DNA of 38,962 nt from Octopus bimaculoides (taxonomy: Eukaryota). The stretch is from the NCBI RefSeq assembly GCF_001194135.2, contig NC_068989.1:7288694-7327655 (forward strand), in the 5' to 3' direction. Positions 12,243-23,586 of the stretch are shown piece after piece; within the stretch, counting starts at the first letter, position 1; the number at the start of each line of letters is the position of its first letter. Below the pieces are notes generated by a model. It had not been told where the DNA came from. It made no database searches and saw only the letters and a list, made by a program, of their open reading frames with translations. Both the position numbers and the translations under genes were made by a program.

Positions 12243-13607
12243 TGACCGAGACCCTTGGCATTAAGTCATGCTTGAGAAGAAGACCCATCAAGCCAAGCAA
12301 AATCACAGTTATGGCAGATGCTGGTATCACACAAATTGGCACATGTGCTGGTGGCACGTAAAAGCACCCATTACACTCTTGGAGTGGCTGGTGTTAGGAA
12401 GGCCATCCAGCTGTAGAAATTTTGCCAGATTAGATTGAGCCTGGCGCAGCCTCTGGCTCACCAGTCCTCAGTCAAACCGTCCAACCCATGCCAGCATGGA
12501 AAGCAGACGTTAAATGACGATGATGAAGATGATATATATATATATATATATATATATAATGAAGAAGTAAGTGATATAGGTATCCACTTTATACAGCTCA
12601 ACCAATTAGCACTCTGATAGAGCTTCAGGAATATGAAATTAAGAAGAGGAGAAAACAAATTCAAAGGCCGATGTATATATTCATTCAATCCATATTAACA
12701 AAATTCTCCATGGTATACACGGTACATACATAGATGACATTCATCTATATGATATATAGAAAAATTTCCAGGAATTTATAAATCCATATTTGTTGTTTGT
12801 TAAGAGGCTGTATTGTAATGTTATGTTTGCTTTGCCCTGTGAGGGATGGCAGATATTTTGATGAGACATTGTTAGTTTCCAGACCCATCTCTGGGGTCTA
12901 CGTTAGATGAGTCGGGATGGAAATAGAAGAGGATGAAGAACAATAAAATAGGAAAGGAGAGGAATGTTAACGAAAACGAAGAGGAAACGGAAAGGGTAAA
13001 TGCAGAAGAGGAATGTAGAAAAGAAAAGGAGGATGAAAGGAAAAGCAAGACTGGATGTAGATTAAAATTTTTAGAGGGGAGAAGTTTTTTTTTAAGTCTT
13101 AAATATAACTCAAACTAATTGTGACTTAATTATAATTCTGGTACGTAGGTGGATGTCTCCTTGTATGGATGGATATAGGAAATGGTTACCATAGTGAAAC
13201 ATTCCAAAAATTTGTCATTTATTTCCAGTCTTGCAGTATTTTTAAAAAAATAGTATTTACAACTCAAGATATTAAATAGTTTTTAAATATTTGTTTCATA
13301 GAAAAAAAAAATAAAAAGAAAAGAAAGGGATGGGGAGGGGGTTGTTTTATGCCAATAAGAATTATTTTTTTTTACTTTCTTATTCCTTTTTTTTTACTTG
13401 TTTCAGTCATTTCACTGTGGCCATGCTGGAGCAGCATCTTTAGTCGAACAAATCGACCCCAGGACTTACTCTTTGTAAGTCTAGTACTTCTTATATCAGT
13501 CTCTTTTGCCGAACCACTAAGTTACGGGGGAACTAAACACATCAACACTGGCTGTCAAGTGATGGTGGGGGGGGGGGGCAAACAGACACATACATATATA
13601 TGTATGC

Positions 13608-13647
<40 letters not shown>

Positions 13648-13905
13648 GAGCTTCTTTCCCATACCTGAGATATCCCAGAAACAGCTGTAAGACATTATTT
13701 ACTTCTGCTTTTCTTTACTTTAATTAAAATATTTCAACTGGTTAGATAAGCTTGTCCTGTCTTGATTTTGTTTTCCTTTTCCTTCAATTTATACCCGCTA
13801 AATCGGGAACCTGTTACGGATCCCTAGCTCCATGCCTCCCTTGTGAACTTGGATCCTAACGGATTACCAATTACAGCACACCTATTGGTTTAGATCATCA
13901 GTGAC

Positions 13906-13958
<53 letters not shown>

Positions 13959-14289
13959 TATATATACGTATATAATATGTATAGATATATATACACATAA
14001 ACATGCATATATACATATACGTAAATGCGCATCTGTACACACAGACATATACCGAAAGATCGCCTTATATATATATATATATATATATAGATAGATAGAT
14101 AGATAGATATGCAGGGCAGGGAATCGTCAATTAGTAATAAAATTAATAATTAACAATTTTGCCGGGTAGCTCAGTATGAAAAAACCTTTTGGGTAATAAA
14201 ATTAATAATTAACAATTAACAATTTATATATATATATATCGCGTAATGCATCATATATCCGAAAAAATATATATATACGTACATACATA

Positions 14290-14613
14290 TATTTGTATAT
14301 AATTCTTATTTTATATATACTTATATATATATACTTATATATACACACACATATATATATATACTTATAAATACACACACATTTATATACTTATAAAGAC
14401 ACGCATATATATATATATATATACTAATTACACATATACTTATAAATACACACATATATATATATATACTTATAAATATACACACACATATATATACTTA
14501 TAAAGACACACATATATATATATATATACTTATAAAGACACACATATACTTATAAATACACACACATATATCTACTTATAAATACATACACATATATATA
14601 TATACTTATAAAT

Positions 14614-14653
<40 letters not shown>

Positions 14654-14761
14654 TATAACCAAAGTTAATAAAGTTTACACACACGCACGCACACACATAT
14701 ATATATACTTATAAATACACACGCGCACACACGTATATATATATATACTTATAAATACACA

Positions 14762-14800
<39 letters not shown>

Positions 14801-14825
14801 TACAACCAAAGTTAATAAAGTTTTC
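14290..14825. repeat. Compound minisatellite ACTTATAAATAC(AC)n(AT)n
   Basis: More than a dozen ACTTATAAA(T/G)AC cores separated by variable (AC)/(AT) runs. Confidence 0.9.
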
Positions 14826-14860
14826 CGAAAAGTTCTCCAAAAATGTTTTCCTTTACTTAC

Positions 14861-15000
14861 ACAAAACTTGTAGAATTCCTCTCACAACTTTTCTGACTTC
14901 CGATGTTTCCTTCACATAAGAGTTCAACCTAATTCCCAAGGGGCGGATAACTCTCCCATTCCCAGCGCGCAGGCGTCGCGCCATTTTAAACGTCAATTCC
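14861..15000 (-). promoter_or_regulatory. Candidate TSS and first exon of a minus-strand transcript
   Basis: CpG-dense patch (cagcgcgcaggcgtcgcgccattttaaa); YY1-type AAAATGGCG on the minus strand; GGGCGG element; GTAAGT donor at 14860. Confidence 0.45.
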
Positions 15001-15640
15001 AAATTAATTTCACCATTGACCGGTTCTTAATCCAATTATATCCTACATGATTATTACCTGCTTTTATTGTTACCTTTCTCGTTAATACATTACAAATAAC
15101 CGGTTTCAATATCCTACCTAATCCGTCACCATGTCCATCGTAAGTGATTGTTTTTCTTTTAATAATCATAATATTCCACAAAGCACGTGCTTGTCTATTA
15201 ATAATTTCAAACTTACCGGTCACAGTTGTATTCTTCCACTTGCAATCATGTAAACGCTTATTTATGTGGAAATACGTAACATATACTCAAACGTATATGT
15301 ATTTTTCTCTCAAAGACCTATTTATGGCGATCTTTCGATTTATAATGGTAAATTGTTTTATTCATATTTCGTACTTTTTTGACATGAGCAATAAGTATGT
15401 AAGTATTTGTAATATATGAGTATATGTACATACCTACATCTACATGTGTATATAGATGCATATCTGGGTACAGGACGTTGCAAACAAACGTGGACAAAAT
15501 GATATATATATATTCACGGTGGTGCACCAGCATGACCGTAGCCACTTGGCTGAAACACATAAATAAATAAATATATATATATATATACACATACACGCAT
15601 ACATATATATAATTTCACCGTATAAACTCATTCGCGGATA

Positions 15641-15870
15641 TACAGGGTGTCCACAAAGTCTGGGTACATGGAGTAAATAAAATCATAACATAAACAATTA
15701 AATATAAGAAATAATAATTTCTTAAAGTATGCATTAATCCTCATGTGGGTACATTGTGACACCTGTGTCTATGGTGGATCTTCAGATGGTCATTCCGTTG
15801 TTTGGATCAACTGAATTTCCTACTCGTTACATTATCGTAGTGTCTGAGTAAACTACAGACACCTGTATCC
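15641..15870. mobile_element. Degenerate Tc1/mariner-like MITE end
   Basis: TA|CAGGGTGTCCACAAAGTCTGGGTACA left terminus; only partial GACACCTGT complements at about 15760 and 15860. Confidence 0.4.
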
Positions 15871-17149
15871 TTTACAAACTACCCAAGTCGAATCAGCACG
15901 AGAAAGCTAGGCCTTTTTATTACGGGTATATCTATTTTCTCTCACAAGACTCTATATCAGTGGTTCTCAATCATTTTTTTTTCCTCTTTGATTCCTATTA
16001 CATTTTTTATGATTAAGTGTTATCAGGAATTATCCAGTTCCATTGCACATTTTAACAACAAAATCTTACATGAACCTCCAGGTTAGAACAACCTTAATTA
16101 TGGTCAAGTAACGTAGCCAAACTTTATTATTTTAAAACGAATTTACTTAAACGTTGGTCATTAAACATATCATAGAAACGTGTATATTATATAGGTGTAA
16201 CTATCTAATATGACGAATCTTAGTTATTATAACATGTTTTCACTTAGTCTATTACTATCTGATTGTTTAGTGACCAACTTGTTCGCCATTGAGCAACGCT
16301 TCTCAACCATTTTTTTGCCTATAAACCCCATTGATTCTAGTTTTCCTCTACTGGACTCCATAGCCATTCGCTGTTTTAAAAAAAATAGTGCAATAGGTGT
16401 ACAAAAACAGGTAGTAANNNNNNNNNNNNNNNNNNNNNNNNNNNNNNNNNNNNNNNNNNNNNNNNNNNNNNNNNNNNNNNNNNNNNNNNNNNNNNNNNNN
16501 NNNNNNNNNNNNNNNNNNNNNNNNNNNNNNNNNNNNNNNNNNNNNNNNNNNNNNNNNNNNNNNNNNNNNNNNNNNNNNNNNNNNNNNNNNNNNNNNNNNN
16601 NNNNNNNNNNNNNNNNNNNNNNNNNNNNNNNNNNNNNNNNNNNNNNNNNNNNNNNNNNNNNNNNNNNNNNNNNNNNNNNNNNNNNNNNNNNNNNNNNNNN
16701 NNNNNNNNNNNNNNNNNNNNNNNNNNNNNNNNNNNNNNNNNNNNNNNNNNNNNNNNNNNNNNNNNNNNNNNNNNNNNNNNNNNNNNNNNNNNNNNNNNNN
16801 NNNNNNNNNNNAAAACTATGAAGGGGAGGTCAGTATGAAGATCCCCGAACCGTTAACGAAAACAAAAACAAAAAACGGTAAAAAGTAAAGTCAATATATA
16901 TACTCTTTTACTTGTTTCAGTCATTTGACTGCGGCCATACTGGAGCACCGCCTTTTGTCGAGCAAATCGACCCCAGGACTTATTCTTTATAAGCCTAGTA
17001 CTTATTCTATCGGTCACTTTTGCCGAACGGCTAAGTTACGGGGACGTAAACATACCAGCATCGGTTGTCAAGCGATGTTGGGGGGACAAACATATACACA
17101 CACATATATATACATATATACGACGGGCTTCTTTCAGTTTCCGGGGGGG

Positions 17150-17380
17150 GGGGTTAACGTGTAAGGATCTTTATATTGACCGAAGGGGATAGGTATTGTA
17201 TCCAAGATTTGACACTAAATTATGCGCCAGTAAATAGAGATTCAAGAGATCGAGATCCTCGCCTTTCTGAAGAAAAGTTTGTACCACGTTTGCAAAGTTT
17301 GTCTGATCGGAAAACGAAACCACGAAGTGTCTCTTTTGAATGTTCAGAAAATCTCGTTAGAAAGGTGAAAACATTGAACA
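17150..17380 (+). promoter_or_regulatory. Probable RCC1 promoter/5' UTR region
   Basis: Non-repeat, locally CpG-enriched DNA directly upstream of the basic MPRVKKKK ATG. Confidence 0.4.
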
Positions 17381-17490
17381 TGCCACGCGTAAAAAAAAAA
17401 AAGCAAGGAGTGGGACGTGACAGAAAGACATCCGGATTCAAAGCGAAACAGATTGATTCGCTTACTTCTCAGCATATTCCTCCAGCTCTT
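17380..17490 (+). CDS. RCC1: RCC1 probable coding exon 1 (MPRVKKKKQGVGRDRKTSGFKAKQIDSLTSQHIPPAL)
   Basis: ATG at 17380 in CpG-enriched non-repeat DNA; basic NLS-like sequence; 111 nt ends phase 0 at CTT|GTAATG, matching the phase-0 acceptor at 18972. The donor is weak, and alternative donors exist at 17364 (AAG|GTGAAA) and 17389. Confidence 0.5.
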
Positions 17491-17772
17491 GTAATGAAAA
17501 CATGGAAAAATTAATACTGTTATGACAGAATTGTTAGAGCGTCAGACAAAAGTACCTTGCGGTATTTGTTCCAGCTATTCACATTCTTATTTACAGACCC
17601 GCCGAGGTCAACTCGGCCTCCCTTGAAGGTCGATAAAGCTTTGATTATTCTGTTAAGTACTGGGATCTGATATTGGCTTACTTCTCCCTTCTAATTTCTG
17701 CCATTGTGTATCAATAACACATACAATAATCTTACGTAGGTATCCATTATTATTATTATTATTATTATTATG

Positions 17773-17975
17773 GCAGAATCGTTAGCACGCCGGGCGAAAT
17801 GCTTAGCGGTAATTCGCCCGTAGCTACGTTCTGAGTTCAAATTCCGCCGAGGTCTACTGTGCCTTTCACCCTTCCGAGATCGATAAATCAAGTACCTGTG
17901 AAACACTGGGATCGATGTAATCGACTAGTCCCCCTCCACCCAAATTTCAAGTCTTGTGCCTATAGTAGAAAGGAT
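17773..17975 (+). mobile_element. tRNA-derived SINE family 2
   Basis: ggcagaatcgttagcacgccgggcgaaatgcttagcgg...gttctgagttcaaattcc (B-box-like); other copies about 1309-1501(-), 2052-2215(+), 7150-7345(-), 20600-20760(+), 27860-28030(+), 30240-30430(-), 30540-30750(+), 31440-31700(-), 34540-34740(+). Confidence 0.88.
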
Positions 17976-18159
17976 AATTATTATTACATTTTAATGTATC
18001 CAGGGAAAATGAGATTGTGCAGCTTTCGTGCCTTCAGCTAATTTATTAAATGCTCGAATGTGTACGACTTGAAGTGGGGGGGGTACCTATGTAAGGGGAG
18101 TAATTCTTGTATTACTAGTGTCTCAGTACAATCTCAGGCATTGTCATGTGAACACCTTG

Positions 18160-18930
18160 TTGCAGTCATTTGACTGCTGCCATGCTGGAGCACCGCCTTC
18201 AGTCAAATAAATCGACCCCAGGACTTATTCTTTGTAAGCCTAGTTATTATTGTGTTGGTCTCTTTTGCTGAACCACTAAGTTACGGGGACATAAACACAC
18301 CAGCATCAGTTGTCAAGCGATGTTGGGGGAGGGGGACAAACACAGACACACAGACGTATATACACACACACATATATATATATATACGATGGGCTTCTTT
18401 CAGTTTCCGTCTACCAAATCCACTCACAAGGCTTTGGTCTGCCCGAGGCTATAGTAGAAGACACTTACCCAAGGTGCCACGCAGTGGGACAGATCCCGGA
18501 ACCTTGTGGTTGGTAAGCAAGCTACTTACCACACACCCACGCCTGCGCCTATATATATGTATTATAATTCTTTGTTTCAGTGATTTGATTGCAGCCATGC
18601 TGGAGCAACACCCTGAAGAATTTTTAGTTAAATAAATTGACCACAGTGTTTTTTCTTTTTTTTTTTTTTAATCCTGGTACTTAGTCCATAAGTATCCTTT
18701 GCTGAACTGCTAAGTTATGGGGACATAAACATGACAACACCAGTTGTCGAGCAGTGGTGAAGGACAAACACAGACACATGCATACAAGCACACGTGGCAG
18801 GCTTCTTTCAGTTTCCATCTAGCAAACCCACTCACAGGGCTTTGCTCAGCCTGAGTCTATAGTAGAGGACACTTGCTCAAGATTCCACACAGTGGGACTG
18901 AACCCAGAACCATGTGGTTGGGAAGCAAGA
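18160..18930 (-). mobile_element. Two tandem SINE family 1 copies in RCC1 intron 1
   Basis: Two consecutive reverse-oriented copies (ctttcagtttcc...cactcaca...gacacttg...gggactgaacc). Confidence 0.85.
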
Positions 18931-18971
18931 TTCTGAAGCCATTTTCTGATTTGAGTTTGATGTTTTTTCAG

Positions 18972-19041
18972 GTGATGAAATCAAGAAACAAACGGAAGTC
19001 TAAGAAAGAAATAACAGCACCAGTTCCAAAACGATCCAAAG
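18972..19041 (+). CDS. RCC1: RCC1 exon 2 (VMKSRNKRKSKKEITAPVPKRSK), basic N-terminal tail; alternative start ATG at 18975
   Basis: ttttttcag| acceptor and AAAG|GTAAAA donor; phase 1 joins the next exon to give KRSKVCHRSH, like vertebrate KKVKVSHRSH. Confidence 0.82.
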
Positions 19042-19675
19042 GTAAAACTTTTATATTGCTCTCGCTACTAATCTAACACCAGTTTACTAATACTTTCAGC
19101 AGTTGTTTTGCCCCAGGAAACTGTTATACTGTAGTTCTTCCCCTGTCTCTGTTAGGAGACACAACCGCTTACACATGCATGTACACGCATAGTGGGAACT
19201 TCTGCCTACCAATTTCAATCACAAGGCTATAACAGAAGGAACTTGCCCAAGGTGCCATGCAGTGGGACTGAACCTGGAATCATGGTTAAGAAGCAAGCGT
19301 CCTAGCCACACAGCCATGCTTATGTGATCTAAAGCATTCTACCCTTGTTTGCCTCTATGTAGGTTATCATCATCATCATCATCATCAATTAACATCTGTT
19401 TTGCCAGGCTGGCATGGGTTGGACAGTTTGACAGGAGCTAGCAAGCCAGAGAGTTACCCCAAGCTCCAATTCTCTGTTTTGGTTTAGTTTCTATGGTTGG
19501 ATGCCCTTCCTAATGCCAACCACTTTACAGAGTGGACTCGGTGTTTCATACATGACACCAGCACAGGTGCTTTTTAATGAAAATAATTTAATTTTCCTCA
19601 CCTTAAAGATTTGTTCCTAACATTTCAATTAAATTTTGCAATGTACCACATTTGATTGTTTCATTTCTTTTGCAG

Positions 19676-19863
19676 TTTGTCACAGAAGTCACTGTTCTGA
19701 GGAAGGCTTAGTTCTTGTGGTCGGAAGCGGTGATGTCGGTCAGTTGGGTCTTGGGCCTGACATAATGGAGAAGAGCCGGCCAGCGTTGGTTGAGCTTCCA
19801 GAAGCTGTGATCCAGGTGTGTGCTGGAGGGATGCACACTATATGCCTTACTGTATCTGGAAAG
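19676..19863 (+). CDS. RCC1: RCC1 exon 3 ([27 protein letters not shown]...[14 protein letters not shown])
   Basis: tttgcag| acceptor, AAG|GTGATG donor; GDVGQLGLG and AGGMHT are signature RCC1 first-repeat motifs. Confidence 0.96.
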
Positions 19864-20256
19864 GTGATGATTGTTTCTTATCTTTGACTTGAGGAAAGAA
19901 TTGCAAACAAATAGTTTATCTTTTGTCTTTTACCTGAAGTCTGGTATTTATTCCATTGATCTCTTTTTGGCAAACCACCAAGTTGGGAGGTCATAAACAA
20001 ACCAGGGCTAATGTAGTTTCGCTCCTCTCTTCGAAAAATGAATTTTTTTGAAAATGTATTTTCAGATTCCTACGTTTTAGATGTTGGAGATTATAAACAT
20101 GCAAGAAAGAAAATTTTAATTTCACTCTAGCTGAATGATAACTAAGTTATTTTAATAAATTCTTTGTTATATTTAAAATTAATTAAAAGAAATACAGAGC
20201 ATCTCGGCAGAAATATGGTCACAAAAGGGTTAAAATATATAATAGAGAAACAATTC

Positions 20257-20483
20257 TTAACCCTTTCGATACCAACCCGGCTGAAACCACTTTTGGTTCT
20301 TTAATACAAATGTCATTTCAAAAGTTTTGAATTAGAATCTTCCACCAAACCTTAGCCACAATTTATGTTCCTAACACTAGCTGAATGATAACTAAGTTAT
20401 TTTACTAAATTCTTTGTTATATTTAAAATTAATTGAAAGAAACACAGAGCATCTCAAAATAAATACAGTAACAAAAGGGTTAA
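20257..20483 (-). mobile_element. piggyBac-like MITE, reverse copy, with a partial second unit at about 20130-20233
   Basis: TTAA CCCTTT...AAAAGGG TTAA; reverse complement of the 9997-10216 element. Confidence 0.8.
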
Positions 20484-20833
20484 CGAGTTTAACTATGTTA
20501 ACTCTTTCTTCCTCTCTTTCTATACAATATGAAGCGTGACTGGAGAAATCACCCAACCAACATTTATATTGGCTTTTATTTAACAGAGATATATAGCAGT
20601 GAGCTGGTAGAATCATTTGCATGCCAAGCAGTATGCTCAGCAGTATTTCATCTCTCTCTTTACGTTCTGAGTTCAAATTCTGTTGAAGTCGACTTTGCCC
20701 TTCGTCCTTTACAGGTTGATAAAATTAGTACCAGTTGAACACAGGAGGTTGATGTGACTGAAACCATTATTAGATATAGAGCTATTGCTATTTTATTTGA
20801 TTGTGATTTACTTTCCTTGTCTTCTCCTTTCAG

Positions 20834-21013
20834 GTATATTCATTTGGCTGCAATGATGAAGGCGCTTTAGGACGTGATACAACAGAAGAAGGCTCAGAAA
20901 CCACACCGCAGCTTGTTGAGTTACCAGGAAAAGTGGTTCAAGTATCAGCGGGCGATAGTCATTCTGCAGCTTTGTTTGAAGATGGCAAGGTTTTTATTTG
21001 GGGTAACTTCAGG
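20834..21013 (+). CDS. RCC1: RCC1 exon 4 ([16 protein letters not shown]...[27 protein letters not shown])
   Basis: cctttcag| acceptor, AGG|GTGAGT donor, 180 nt, phase 0-0; near-identical to canonical RCC1 [16 protein letters not shown] and VSAGDSH. Confidence 0.97.
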
Positions 21014-21563
21014 GTGAGTAGCCTGTATGCTTTTTCCCCCACCTGCCTACCCCTACACTATTGTTAGCATGTCAAATGAAATGCTTTGCAGCACTTCTTC
21101 CAACTCTCATCATTATCCTCATAATACATCCATAGTCCATGCTGGCATGGGTTGGACAGTTTGACCAGGGCTAGAACACTGGAAAGCTGCACCACACTCC
21201 AGCCTGATTTCTACAGCTGGATGCTCTTCTTAACACCAACCAGAGTGTAATGGGTGCTTTTACGTGCCACCAGCACAGCACGAGGGTGCATTGAGCTCCA
21301 ATATTAGCTTTGGCGTGGTTTTTATGACTGGATGCCTTCCTAATGCCAACCCCACGTCAGAGAGTATACCCGATGCTTTTTTTCATGACCCCATGCTAGT
21401 GAGGTCCCCAAGCAACTCACAAGGTTGGAAAAGAAAAAAGGCCCCTCTCTGTGATTTTAAGAACCAACTTCTTCTCTGTTTTTGTCTGGTTGTTCTTCTT
21501 TTGATTCCTCTTTATTGAAACATTGTTCTTGAAAGGTTTTCTACTTTGTTATTCTCTTTGTAG

Positions 21564-21708
21564 GACGGAAACGGTTCACTTGGCCTCACAACAGAGGGCC
21601 CTGTGAAAGAACCAATGGAATATGTACCATCAGAAACATTTGTGAAAATAGCAAGCGGAGGAGATCATTTGGTTTTGCTAACTCTAGATGGTAGAATTTA
21701 TACTGCTG
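21564..21708 (+). CDS. RCC1: RCC1 exon 5 (DGNGSLGL...VKIASGGDHLVLLTLDGRIYTA)
   Basis: ctttgtag| acceptor, G|GTAAGA donor, phase 0-1; RCC1 repeat ASGxDHL. Confidence 0.96.
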
Positions 21709-22643
21709 GTAAGAATATTATTTTACATTCTGAACTTTTGTCCCTTTTGGGCTTGATAATATTAAGTTCTGGCCAAATACTGGTATGAATGTAATCAACT
21801 TGACCACTGCCCATAATGCTGCTGGCCTTGAGGCTCACTGCCCTCTATCACTCATGCAAGTTCAACGTTAGCAATATATATAGAAATGTCGTGGAGGTGA
21901 AAAGCAATGATATTCTCAGGAAAACTCTAGGCATCAACAAGGAAGAGAACTGGCTGTTCTGTGCCTGTGATAGAAAAGATTATCATCATCATCATCATCA
22001 TCGTCGTCGTTTAACGTCTGCTTTCCATGCTAGCATGGGTTGGACGATTTGACTGAGGACTGGTGAAACCAGATGGCTACACCAGGCTCCAATCTGATTT
22101 GGCAGAGTTTCTACAGCTGGATGCCCTTCCTAACGCCAACCACTCAGAGTGTAGTGGGTGCTTTTACGTGCCACCAGCACGAAGGCCAGTCAGGAGGTAC
22201 TGGCAACAGCCACGCTCAAAATGGTGTATTTTATGTGCCACCTGCACAGGAGCCAGTTCAGCGGCACTGGCAATGATCTCACTCGAATGTCTTTACACAT
22301 GCCAGGAAGGCGATGCTATTATTATTATTCTCAAGCATGCAGAGGTGGCTGTGTGGTAAGACGCTCTTGAGTGAATTCAGTAACCAGAAACTGTGGAAGC
22401 ACGTTGTATATGTATACACGTGTTTATGTTTGACAACTGGTGTTTATTTGTTTACATCCCCATAACTTGGCAGTATTCAGCAAAAGCGAAGTTAGAAATA
22501 AAAGCTAATATAGTCTTAGATTCATATTGTCTGAATTATATGATGAGTTGGTTTTGAGAAGCTTTTGATCATGGATCTGCTGAAATGGGATTCACCTGTG
22601 GCTTAGCAACAATGACAAGTGTAAGAATTTTGTTTATTTTCAG

Positions 22644-22715
22644 GTTGTGGAGAACAGGGACAACTTGGCAGAATTGCCAAACAATTTTCCAGTCGTGGTG
22701 GAAGAAAAGGCTTAG
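22644..22715 (+). CDS. RCC1: RCC1 exon 6 (GCGEQGQLGRIAKQFSSRGGRKGL)
   Basis: ttttcag| acceptor, G|GTAACG donor, phase 1-1; CGEQGQLGR and RGGR motifs. Confidence 0.96.
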   Translation, partial: VVENRDNLAELPNNFPVVVEEKA

Positions 22716-22791
22716 GTAACGGTTTGATTTCTTGTTTAAATTTTATTCTGTTCCATTCATTTTATCTTTCAATTAGCTCAGCCTAGTTTAT

Positions 22792-23017
22792 TTAACCCTT
22801 TCGATATTGCATCTGTTTTGAGATGCTCTTTTTTTTCTTTCAATTACTTTAAATATAACAAAGAATTTAGTAAAATAACTTAGTTATCATTAAGCTGTTA
22901 AGGACATAAATTGTGACTAAGGTTTTGTGGAAGATTTTAATTCAAAACTTATGAAAACAAGACATTTGTACTCAGAGCCAGAGCTGGTTTCAGCTGGGTT
23001 GGTAATGAAAGGGTTAA
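22792..23017 (+). mobile_element. piggyBac-like MITE in RCC1 intron 6
   Basis: TTAA CCCTTTCG...GAAAGGG TTAA; same internal sequence as the 9997 copy. Confidence 0.82.
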
Positions 23018-23246
23018 ACTAAGCTCAACCAGGTTAAACTAACTGTTGAACTTCTTAGCATTTTGATTACTCAAATTTAATTGTTTATTCACCTTGTTTT
23101 GATTGAATTAATCATGCTCAAGAGAGAGGTAACAACAATCTTCTGTTTGTAACATGAATTTTTTCACAAACAGACTTAAAACTTTTGTCAGCAAGCAGTT
23201 TAAACACTCCTGAATTGTATTTGTGCATTTTCAACAAAACCAGGAA

Positions 23247-23435
23247 TATGAGGGCATGCTGAAAAGTTCCTGTCTTTGGGTAACAGAAAATACAGGAGGA
23301 TAGGTTAATTATGATTTTTTATTGCAGTAGTCCTTCAGTTTTTCTAAGCCCTGTAAACAGAACTAATAAGGTTGAGCCTTCAACCAGACCTTTCACAATA
23401 CCCTTAAACCAGGAGCTTTTCAGCACTCTCTTGTA
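23247..23435. mobile_element. Tc1/mariner-type MITE
   Basis: Imperfect TIRs of about 33 bp (TGAGGGCATGCTGAAAAGTTCCTGTCTTTGGGT / ACCCTTAAACCAGGAGCTTTTCAGCACTCTCTTG) flanked by TA on both sides. Confidence 0.78.
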
Positions 23436-23586
23436 TGAGTGTTGTATTTAGAAACGTTTATATTGACTCCTAAACAAGTCATGATTATTTCTTTATTTTA
23501 AGTCTTTGTGTAAATCCTTCAACAGCAGAATTGCCAAAAATTCAGTCTCCACTTTCATCTTTCTATTTATTATTTCTTTGTTGTAG

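Noticed and set aside
11951-12361. CRISPR array or repeat-protein gene (ORFs of 157, 136 and 88 aa)
   Set aside because: Units abut with no unique spacers, there are no cas genes and the context is eukaryotic; ORFs stay open only because the unit is 42 bp
15959-16092. hAT-like MITE (CAGTGGTTCTCAA terminus)
   Set aside because: Right terminus is too degenerate and no TSD was found
22538-22590. C/D box snoRNA candidate (ATGATGA...CTGA) in RCC1 intron 5
   Set aside because: Boxes are only about 40 nt apart and there is no terminal stem
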